A DNA stretch of 64,000 nucleotides from positions 989,065 to 1,053,064 of the forward strand of contig JAQGDQ010002367.1 in NCBI GenBank assembly GCA_030141605.1, read 5' to 3'. The notes under the pieces are model-generated. The model was not told the DNA's origin. It was given only the letters and a program-made list of their open reading frames with translations, and made no database searches. How positions within the stretch are numbered: position 1 is the first letter of the stretch; each line of letters opens with the position of its first letter. Below, in pieces: positions 24,101 to 36,514 of the stretch. The translations under genes were made by a program, and so were the position numbers. This DNA comes from Tubiluchus corallicola. Taxonomy: Eukaryota; Animalia; Priapulida.

Positions 24101-27100
24101 AGTTTCAGGGGATTGCTGTGGGCAAAATTATATTATACGACCTGAAACCTACTTTCAACATCAAAGGAGTGGATATTGAATGTACGTATGAGGTGAAACT
24201 TCTTGGTGCAAATATAGACTATCGCCTGAACTTTGATTCGCACATTACAGCCCTGTGCAAAAAAGCAGCAAAACAGATTAATGTTCTACACCATATTGGT
24301 CGAAACTTGTCGGTAGAATGTCGAAAACTCATCTACTTTTCCTTTGACAAGTCGAATTTTAATTTCTGCCCTGTAATCTGTTACTTCTGTAGTAAATCAA
24401 ACAGCCAGAAGTTCGAGCGTTTGAATTTTAGAGCGCTCCGTCTAGTTTATAATGATTTCGAAAGTACCTACGAAAATCTATTGTTAAAGGACAATTCTGT
24501 GTCTCTTCAACTTCGGAGACAACGTCTCATTGCTATCAAAGTATTCAAGATTTTGTCCAAAAACTGCCCGCCCTATCTCTATGGACTGATAGAGGAACGA
24601 AAACAAAACCACTACTTCCTCAGAAAAATGAACACTGCAGGTCACCCTACATATGATGGTGTTACATATTGCAAGAAAAGTTTCTCCTATTATGGAGCCA
24701 CATTGTGGAATGAATTACCAAACTGTCTCCGAATGGCCGAAAATCTTGGGGAATTTAAACGTCTAATTAACTCATGGACTGTGTTGTGTGTGGCAGAAAC
24801 ATTTTTATGACCTAGATAGCTTTTTGTGTAAATTTTAGAAAATGTTATTGCATAAAGTTTTTACTGTCTCAATTCTTAACTGTCTCAAATTTTTACTGTC
24901 TTCATGTAGTTTTAATTTTTCTTGTCCCAATACCTCAGGTAGCATCCAAATGATTTAAGAAGTACATATTTTTACCATGTTATCGCTCATATACATTATG
25001 CTTGATATCGGTTTACGAGCTTTAAGCTCATGTTTCTACAAATATGTACTGTTTATATCATACGGATGAAAATAAATATTATCTCATCTCATCTCATCTC
25101 ATCTCATCTCATCTCACCTCACCTCACCTCATCTCACCTCACCTCACCTCACCTCACCTCACCTCATCTCATCTCATCTCATCTCATCTCATCTCATCTC
25201 ATGTCATCTTATTAAGAAATTCACCCATGCAAAAGTTCATCATGGTAGTGCTTAGCATAGAGTCTCTGTGCTAGCTCTTGTAAGGTGCTCCACGCCTGTA
25301 ATGATTCGTCTATCAAATCTGTGGCATTTTCCATTTCTTCCCTTGTACCTGCAGTACCCTCATCAGTACCTGCATCAGCTGGCACTTGTTTACGTCTTGG
25401 CATTTGAAGCGGCTGAAACAGAAAAAACTTTCATGGTTTTCCTATCTGGAAATGTTTTGTTACAATGTACAACAAGACAGCAAGCTCTTCATTTGAAAAG
25501 GTACAAAAAGTAAAAAGAGAAACGAAATCAAACAAGAACCAAACAAGAACAATGAGCGCTGGTCAGGAATTCTTAATACACTACTCGGTAAATATAATTT
25601 AGGGACAGGGTGTTCTAAAAACATGAATGCTTAAACAATTTTACTCAAATATTAAATTACAGAAATCATGCAATGCATAAAATTGAATATGCAGATTCAA
25701 GTGTCAACGTCAACAGAAACGTAAATTTCATTTCGTTTGATAATGTGGCATTTTATTCTTACTGCTATGAAATTAATAAAACTGTAATCAATATTTTCCT
25801 CATTAATTTGCACATGAAGTCACACTAAAAATTCATTGATCAACGTTGATAGAATAAAAAACAGTCTTGCATCCAACGATAAAAGCCTTTGTCCCTCAAC
25901 AGTATAAACTAGATAATACAGGGAATTAAAATTAAAAACGAAATGTTTGATGCTAGAATGCTTGGTATCATACTGGCAAGATGATTGTGACATCATACTG
26001 AAAAAATATAAGAAATAGGTATTACCTTTATTATTCTAAACAGAAATTGAAGTATCAGATTCACAGGAAGGCAGGTGACAGCAATGATAAGACCAACCAA
26101 CACAGCTTGCCATGATAAATCCATATAGGTGAATTCACCACGGTACTCAGTGTAGTGGTAGTTGTACCACACTGCAGTCAAACACATGTAGCTCAGGAAA
26201 AGCACAAGGCAACAACTGAGTCTAGATAAATAAGAATAAAAAAGACATGTTAAATTGCACTTGGGATAAGCCGTTAAGTCTTGTCTAACACTAACCGCAC
26301 ACGGCAAAAAAGATCTGTCTATTGTAAATTGTGTTATGCACACTGTTCCACAAAATTTGCAAGTACACAACAAAAACATAGCAAAAATTCTAAATTTTGC
26401 ACATTGTAAACCAACTTAGCTATACAAACTTATTATTATTATAATTCTTTATTTATTATATATATATATTATGTCTATTATTATGTCAAAATAATTATGA
26501 CTATTTTGATCGAGATTTGATATTTCTGAATTTTTAGTTTTGTATATGTTCAGTCACCTGTAAATTGACGCACAGGCTTTACTTTTCCTTTTTTCCTACT
26601 TTACCACACTTTATCTAAATTTTTATTTACAAATATATATATATATATACAAGTTCACTTGCCTTTGTATTCTTGTGAACACACTTAGTGGCGGCTTTTC
26701 GTGTACTGATATCCACAGATGAAAATCAGAAAAAAGTGCTAATGACTTATAGGAGAAAATCTTTTTGAAGCCGGGTTTGACGTCTGGCGGAATCACCATT
26801 ATTTCTCTCTCAACCTTGCCGTCATTTTCCTCGACGGCAAACCATTTTTCACCTTCGAAGAGATAATAATGTGCCGCGTTCAAGTCTTCCACAATGACAC
26901 GACTCAGATACCAGCTGGGTGATATACCTGAAACAGTGGTGTAGTTATTAATGTGTAGTCTGTCAACCAAACAGGTACAACAAAACCTAAAACTCCAAGG
27001 TGAGAGTCAAGCAGTCGAGTTTCAAATATTAAGTTACGCATCGCGCTTAACTTCTTCACGACCACATCATTCAAAATAGGTCTTATAAGACCTATGACTT

Positions 27101-30100
27101 CTCTGTTACTGTATGAGTACAGACATAACTAAATGACTACAATTAGGTACTTCCTATTCAGGAGAATCTTGACTATCCAAATATGCTGTTTGTTTAAATA
27201 TTTATATGTGGATAAAATTAAGAAAAACACGCCCTTTAAAAACACTCCAACTTAGCCTATTGAATAGCTTAGTTTGGTGTACATTTAGGTGTCACGGAGA
27301 CCACGATATGTTAATAATTGTCAAAATCATAATCATGGCATATGTATATAACTGCAATTTAGAAATTGTTATTTGGCAAAATCAAAATTTTGTTCTGTAT
27401 GATGAATCAATTATCAGCTTTAACAAGCCCAATGAGCTGCTGTCACAGCTTTGAAATTACTGTCAACAAGACTTTTTCTTACTACAACTTATGTATATAC
27501 ATTATGTTTACATTTGTTATGTGTTTCGACATACAAGTAATGTTTTAGTAAAAATCCAATTGTTTGCTGTTCTGAATTTCTACATCTATCAAGTTTGTCT
27601 GATTTGGGGCCATTGTGACAACTTGAGTGATCATACACACTGTTTTACTGATTTTACTGCTTGCTACGCCAGAGAGAACAGGGTTCTAGGAAAAGGAAAA
27701 CCGATCAGCTAAGAAGAAATTAAGGTCGTTTTATCTTATAATAGGAATTTGTCTTTTAAAAATAGAGTAGACTTGAGAGACCAAAGTGTATCAGAATGTT
27801 GTCTGAGTAGCTGAAATTTTCTGCATTAGCCAATTTCACACAAGTAATACTGTACATTGTTACAGAGCAAACACTGCAGTTACTGAAAGCTTTTGCAATT
27901 TTTTCATCAAAAATCGATTTTTAATTGTGAGGAATAGAAACCTAAACAAATTATCAAAAATAACGTACTCATTGCTTAGTGAGAGCTGTTTTTCATGAAC
28001 CCATGCAAAATGCAACAAACGTTTAAAGTCCTGAAGGAGTTAACAGGTAGCTGCATAATTTTTTCAAATATTGCGTAATGCCAACCTGCATTGTTGTGCC
28101 ACAGCTGCACTTTCCAGATTCGTCCCAGACTGTATGGCGTCGTCATTATGAACGTGTCACAGGAAAGTCTTTCAAACAGCGGCTGCCCATCATTGGAAAC
28201 AAGTTCCCTGGTTTCAGACATGCCCTTTTCACCGTGAAGGATTAAACTGACCTAGATGGTACAGTCAGATTAGCAAACATTGCTGTGAATAAAAGGTCGT
28301 TAATAATATAGCTTGATATGACATGACGCGACACGACACAGACTTTGTTGGAATTCATGGTAATTAGCTAGTTTGCTAAAGAAACAAAAATTAATAATTA
28401 CAGCAAGAACAGTACACAGCTATATGACTACATGCATTTCACATTCACTTAGGTCTATGTTTGTGACCATAAAATATTCAATCTCCTATTGTGTGGCAGA
28501 AAATTTAATTTTCATACAGTGGACGATGATTAAATGATATACTAGAAACTGGCTGAAAAGTTCTATTCAAACATATAGCTGTGTTCAATAACTGTGCAGT
28601 TCATGCCAATTAATATACAACCATTGGAAGGAGTTTACAATTACCCACACAGTTTAAGTACCCTAACCTTAACCCTACCCCAACCCTAACTCTAACCGTA
28701 ATCCGCTTCACGAACTAGTTCGTTGTGTGTGGAGCAGTGTAACCTTAGCCCAAACATTTTTCATGGGCTTATTTAAATCACTTTTTTTCCAATTTACACT
28801 AAGATAAAACAATGACCATGAATACAGTACAATTATAACACTTCATGTTATTATGATGCAGAATGTAACAGAAGGAACTTAACAGTGCTTTTCACAAATG
28901 GTCACAAAATTATTTTCTACAGGAAAATTACAAAGGAATAAAAAACTTATACATTTAAAATTCAATATAAAGAACTAAAGGTGTAGCCAAGTAGTTAAAA
29001 CATTAGGACAGTACAATCTAATGCAAATTTCTTAGCAATGTATGAAATATCTTCATGCTTAGGAATAACATTTCATACCTTAGCTGTTGTACCAGCTCCC
29101 TTACGGCTGCCCGTTTCTATGACGATGCGGTATACCTGTTGATCTTGTATGGAATTGTCCACAAGGTAAACAGGATGGCGTTTTTTGGTATCGTGCAAAT
29201 CTGCATGCACACAAGCAACAAATGCAACACCAAAACAAACAGCTGCAGCAATCAGTAGTGAATAACTGGCTATGTTTTCATTCAATCTAGAAATAAAAAA
29301 TTATTATGTGAAGAGACATTTCTGTTTAATTGGCATACAGTCAACCCTCATTATAACACCTCCTTTTATAATGCCAACCTCGATTAACGCCAACATTTTT
29401 CATAAAACAAAATGTCTATGTTTACATAGACATGTACGTATTAAGGCATCTCGTTATAACGCCAAACTTGCCATAACGCCAACTTTTTTGCAGTCCCAAA
29501 GTAGGTATACTTTGTGGTATAAAGAGGTTTGACCGTATTAACACCTTGAAACATACTGAAGTAGTCAAATGGGATCATAAGCATCAGTTCATGACCCATT
29601 TAACTATTACAAGAGACATTCTTAACTCAAGTTCCCTAGTTCCAAGTTACGTTTTAGAAAATGGCCAATCTAAAAGTTGTTTTTAGAGAGGGTAAATGAA
29701 TTAACCAAACAACCTCAGCAAAACCCTACAATATTTTCCAACATTTTATCAGTGCAACACTTTATCAATTTCTCATTCATTTATGTTGCTAGTGTTTTGA
29801 TTTCCCCTTATTAATCATAAAAAAATAAAAAACTTATATAGTTTCACTTGGACGCAAATTAAATGTTAAAATAAATACAAAAATACCTTGTCATTAGACC
29901 TGATGGACTTTCCAAAAATATATAAAAACTTGTACTGTTGCTTTTTGGAGAAAAAATTACATTGAAGGTAATAATTAAAAAAATGGAAAAATTTTAAAAC
30001 AAGGATATTTAGGTTATAAGTCCAAAATATTGCCAACTTTTAATTCTGTTTATTCATACTAAATACTAAAATGTGCTATTATTGTTAGTTTATCTTGTTA

Positions 30101-33100
30101 CTGATTAAACACAAGATTATAATACTTCACTAATAAAATGTTTACCTAAAAAATGATTCGATGTTCACAGATACAAAAACCATACTCGGAATTTCCACAC
30201 TTGACCCGAAGGCTGTGAGATGATTACAGCTACAATGTGTTAAAGTAAATGTAGAACTGTCCATTGGCAAACATCCGGTGTCAGTCCACTCTTGCAAAGC
30301 ATTATCAAAATACAAGCACTGCCCAAACCAGAGCTGTAGCGTGTACTGTCTGAATTCAATCTCATCACCCCGTGGACGTCCAGAGTTAAACGTGGCATCT
30401 ACTACACCAAGATAGTATGGTCCAGACACGTTCATTCCTCCCACTGGCAGAAACAATTTTAATTTTTTGTCATTGGGCTCAAATATCTTCTTGATTATAT
30501 AATTGTCCGGTGTAGGTGGTTTGTCGTAGCTTAGGAATAGTGCTAGAGGAAATGGGCGGCCGTTTTGTTTAGTTAATTCTAAACTTATTTCTATATGCAG
30601 TGCTTGTTTGAAGTTGTCTCTTGTAACATTAAAATGGTGAATGTTCATTTTTTGCTTTTCAAGTACGAAGTCTGCTTCAACTTCATTCAGTTTTGGGTTT
30701 CGTGGTATTTCCATTACGATACTCTGTTTTGGTGAGAGATCTCTCACTGAAACTTCTTCCCCATCGCAAGTGTAAATTTTCAGTGCAGCTACTTCTGAAG
30801 TGATGCGCAAATTATCCCAGGCAAACGGATTATTTTTGTACGTTACCATCTGTGCTTCGTAGCACAAGTCTGTTTGATTGCTTTTCGCAGCACTAGATGG
30901 CAGTATGTTCTTTGGTAATACAAAAGCGGCTTCACTCGTTGCTAAAACTGTAGGAGATTCCGAATCGTATTTGGCAGCAAGAATGGACAAAAAACCTGCT
31001 GAAATGTTGAGTGGAAATTCTTCATACGTATGAAACTTAAGTTCAGTGTGCATCAAATCTGATAAGCTTTTCTCAATAGAGGACAGTATTTTTTCACCCA
31101 GCCACTTCTTCGGCTGCGCATTCTTAAAACTGTCAAGAATTTTTGAAGCTACCTGTACAGACAAAGTCAACAAGTTCTGATCGAGTCTTTGCACAGAATT
31201 TTTGCGTATAAGTTGAACAATGTCATGTAAAATGTCAGAAGCAAGTTTCAGAGATCGAGGAGTTAAATGAGCCGACGCATGTACAGCCGAATTTAATCCA
31301 GCTAATGTTTGGAGTGCACTATAATAATCTCTCACTTTATATGAGCTAAGGGTTTTCAGAAGTGTAGTTCTTATCTCTGTCTGTAAAACATCTTCGCTTC
31401 CCACATCAACAAGCCTATTTAGGGTCATTGCTACACTGTTGACAAAATGGCCCACATTGTAGGAGTTTCCGTGGGCTTGATACATGTACAACTGACTGTC
31501 CTTTTCCTGGATAAGTTTCCAAATAGCTTGAATGCTATCGGCATGTGGCTTGACTTTCACCGGTAATGAACAAACAGTCGTTTTTCCACCCAGAGAATCA
31601 ACTACAGCTACGGAAACATGGACAGTATAGTTCAAATGGACAGGTCCCGATGGTAAACGGAATTTCAGCTCGTGGCTGAGCCCGTGGTAAATTAACTGCC
31701 TAGGTTGACTGGACGTGAGTTTGTAACTGACTTCGTACCACAGCGGCTGGTTTCTGTCTTTCCATTCCATGCAGTGGATTTTGAAATCTGTCTCCAGTTC
31801 AGTGCCAAATTCTGGTTTGAGGGTACATCGGCCACTGGCTGGACCTTCATTTAAAGTGAAATACGTTAAAGCAGTATTATGGTGTCTAGTGAGGTTTGAA
31901 AAAGCAGAAACCTGCACGATGTAAGTGCTACCCTCATGAAGCGCATTGTGATTAATAACAAGAGATTGACGACGAATTCCAGTAAGTGTCTGGTCAGGTT
32001 TTAGCTTGAGTTTGACCCTAGGAACGAAAAAGAAATGAACAAAGAATTCAAATGCTGCCACAACATTTTGTATTGCAAATTTCACCATATCCATGAAATA
32101 TTTGGAAGATGTAAGATTGAAGCGTGTAAAGGATGTATGTAATGATTTCTTGCATCAAAAACTTGCTGTTTCTGAGTTCAGACATCTATACAACACGTGC
32201 AAGTACTTGTACTTTCTTAAAGCAAAAACACAACAAAATCAAATAATAAAAATACTAAGTGACCTGCCTTAGTGTGAATGTAATTGTGTTTGCAAAAACT
32301 TATGAAGCTGCAGTTAAAACCAGCCACAATCACAAACAATTTCTAATCACTTATGGACTGAGCAAAAATAGTAAATAAAGTACTGTACCTTTCCAGACTT
32401 AAGATGTGTGGACTCTTATAAGCTTCAGGCAGAAATTCACCTTCCAATGTCAACAAATCCAAATCATTTCTGTCATTGAAGTTTACGCGACCGTATGGGT
32501 CAATCTCATTCCTTGACGACTGACTCGTATCATTGTCTCCTCCATCTTCTCTACCGCTGCCTTCACCTTCGCTGGCGCTCTCTTGTGGAACTGCCGGAAG
32601 TGTGCTAGCCGTCTGTAGGGTGGCTAAATTGCGGGCTGAAGCACTACCACTCTCTCCAGGGATGCCTTCGCTGATTGGACCAAACACAGGTGGACCTTAA
32701 TGTACAAATCAGAAATACTTACAAATAGTGAGGGGAGATTTTGAATATTGTAATTGGATTATAATCTTGTTCTTGTAATTCGATATCACAATTAATCTTT
32801 TGTGGCGATTTTTTGGGTGTTTTAGCCATAATTTTCAATGACTGTAGTGAATCAGCCTACAACTTTATCACAGCTTTTGTCGCCGCCTGTCATTTTCACT
32901 TGCATACTAATTTTATAGACGCAACGCTTTTTCGTTAACTACTACGACAATGTCACTACACATGTCATGTGTCCACGAGCACATTGTGTAACGGCAAGAA
33001 AAACGAAGAAAAAATGCTAAGATTTCATTTATTTGTGTTAAAACACGTAATCAGTGTGCAACACGTCTATTTTGCTCACGTTTCATCGTGTTTAATCAAC

Positions 33101-35386
33101 GATTATATCGATCTATACATGGTTGTAATCGCGACTAATTTGATTAATCTAGTAATCGCCCATCACTACTCTCATACGGCAGAAACATTGGATCTCTGTG
33201 AATGCTACAGAAAAACTTTCTCAATTGTTTAGTGTGTCCCGCCAAATTTTAATCTGGCCCCACTTAGTTCATGCTCCAATTTCATTTAAATTCATCATCC
33301 ACTTTCATGAGTATCTTCTAGATAAACAGGCACGAATTTCTCCCATGGAAGCAGTAAGTCAGTAATAATAAATAACAATTTTTTGGTCATTTTGCAATTG
33401 ATCGCTTCACTGCCTAAGCAACCTCCTCTCAAATAGACTGCAATTTGACTACAAAATCTATACACACACAACTGTTAGGGGGGTTTGAGGACAAACAAAT
33501 AAGATCCTCCCTTAAACACTCCTCTTAACTTACTTAATAGATTTATTAAATAAAAAAGTGTAATTCGATTAATCCTATATAAATTGAAGATGCATAAATT
33601 GCAAGTTTAGTACAGGGTGCTTTTCCAATTTTATAGCCTTTAGGCAAAACCTCACACATAGTGTGACAGACAATTTACCTTATGAAAAATCCAGTTCTTA
33701 GTTTTTGAAATTCTCACCAGTTAATTCCACGGTAAAAGGAAAAACAGCAACACGGTTTAAAGAAAAAAGGTAAAGATTTCCTACAGTATCATTAGCATAT
33801 TATTATTATTATTTAGAAAATAAAAAGCAAAGTATTACCTAAACCAATATTTGTACGACGGTGTACAGGTTCCAAAGGTGGTACAGGATTATCCGACAGA
33901 AAATCTCCAGGAAGAGGTGGTAGCATGCGATCAAAGGGTAATCCACCAACGTCCTCCATAGGTAATGGCATTCCCAATATGTCACTGTAACCTCTCGTGG
34001 GGTCTCCAGATTCTCTCTTTCTTCGGAATGGTGGAAACCCATCAAAATCAAGTAGTTCTCCTGTACTGCCACTATCACTCGGTAACCCTCTCGTGTTCCT
34101 CAGTTGCTCAGCGGGAAGGTTTCCATTCTGAATTATCACAAAATCTCTTAAAACTAATTTCTTTAAAATTGTTGAGATCCATCATTGAAGGAAATGATTA
34201 ATACACGGGTAGTGCAAACTAAATGTTCTGCAATTTTACTCTTTTAATTTTAGTCACAATTGAAACTCTAAATAACCATAAAGGTTTACCCACTACTACA
34301 AGAAACTATCAAAAATACACAAGTTAGGGATGTCAAACGATACAAATTTAGTGATACGATAATGATACGATGCGATAAAAACAATAGTGAAGTTACACAA
34401 TTTAAAGAAACAGAAAACAGAACCAGACAACAACAGAAAAAATATCACTAATAATTAAAAATATTAAGTACTTCAGCGCAATATTTATCCATGTGAGCTG
34501 CACATGACTGGAAAAGTGACACTAGAGGTATAGTGTATTTGACATCTGCGCGTCAGTATCAATGTGTATAAAGGAGTCTCTTTACTTTGAGTCAGCATGA
34601 TTCAGAATGAACGTAGCCATTATTGACAGGCAAAAATTTAAGAAAATGATTCAGCACCTGATAAGCTTATAATTGTAAATAATTCTTTTTATCCACTTCT
34701 TTTCGTAATTATTATAATTTCTTAGCTTTAAAATCTGAGCAGGAAAGTAGTAACAAGCCAATATTACGGTTACGAGATATGGAGGCCGCCATCTTGGATG
34801 ATGAAGTCATCAACAGCCTCGCCTAGCAGATTAAAACGGAAGGAATTCGTGATTGATATATTCCACTATAAATGCCTACCCAAAGTCCAGTTGGATGAAG
34901 GTTTCCAAATGTACGGCGAGGAGAATTCACGCTAGATTCCTCCAAAACAGCATCAGCAAAAACTGGTACATCAGCTAAGTGAGAAACGTCGACCATGGTA
35001 GAACTCTTGGTTGTTGCAGAAGTAGTGCTAGGAGATTGAGAAGTAGCTGTCATGGAACTTTGCCTCACTGTGGAGGAAGTCTTGGGTATTTCAGAAGTAC
35101 TCTCCAAGACAGAACTCTGAGTCGATGTAGTGGAGGTGACGAGTAATTGAGAAGTGCTCTGGGTTATTGATAAATCATCCATCCCATTATGATGTTCAGT
35201 AACTAATGGAAAAGTTTCCATGGAACCAGTTGAAGTTACTAGAGGTTTATCTGTTAGTAACTGTTTGTCTGCAGTATCATCAGCTCGAAGGAAGCCATCA
35301 GGATGAGGTCCATCTGCATGATAGCACTCTTGATGTCTCACTACAATAAAACAATTACAATATTTTAACATTACTAAGGGCTGATA

Positions 35387-35417
<31 letters not shown>

Positions 35418-36477
35418 ATAATATATATTATATTATAGATTATTATAGTATATATATAATAATCTATGCATTTATGCCGTAGAAAGTAAGGATGTAGTTA
35501 GAAATTAACTCGATTACAGTTCAATTAAGTTTTAAGCAACAAATCATCAACTAATCTCCTTGCAAAATTAGCAAACAGACAATTTGCTAGACAATCACAG
35601 TACTAGAGATGAATAATTTATAGTTAGATCTTTCTAACTTTGGATATGCATGGAGCTAAAGCAAAATTTCTGACAAGTTTTAATTCATCCACCTCTACCT
35701 GTATGCTTGCCATCGATGACCATAAACACGCTCCATTCATATAACAAATCACGTCTTTTCCAGCAATTCGGACAAATGGCTTCAAACACAAGAACATCTC
35801 CACTGTTCACTTGTTTGTTTTCACACATCTCACACTGGACATACATATCAGCTTGAGCAGTCTTGTCACTTTGCAAAACTTCTACGACTTGAGAAGTTAT
35901 AAATGATTTTCTTCCTGGTTTGTAAGCTGTCATGTTTATCAGGAAGCTGCTGTAACCGCTAACGAAGTAGCGAGCAGGAAGCAATATTGCACTTTCTGTA
36001 GTGTTTACCGGAAGAGAAAAGTTGTCAACAAAACAGGAACCAGTAACTGCCAGAGGCTGGCATGACCACTTGTAGATGAAACTATGATTAGCTGGATAAT
36101 CTGGATCGAACGAAGCCAAAGCATCAAGTTTCAACACGTCTTGATTTGAAATAACTCTCTGCTTACCCCCGGTGATTATGCTAACAAGCAATGAAGGAAC
36201 AACGAGAAATTCTATTTCAGCACTACTGTGAACAATTGTTCCGTTCATTGAAACTCTCAACACAGCCATATACTTTCCATAATCAAGCAAATTTCTGGGG
36301 ATAAACAGAGTTCGCTGATTAGTATTTATAATGCTGGTTTCAAAGCTGTCCAGTGGCTCTGCGTTGTAGTACAAAAGCCACTGAAATTTCGCCAAAGGTG
36401 TGATTGTACAGTTTATAAGAATGACAGGTTCTAAAACAATATCACTTGATCTTTCAAACTACAAAAGAAAAATATAC

Positions 36478-36514
<37 letters not shown>

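Noticed and set aside
25030-25274. ORFs with SHLIS/HLTSP repeats
   Set aside because: Translations of the pentamer microsatellite.
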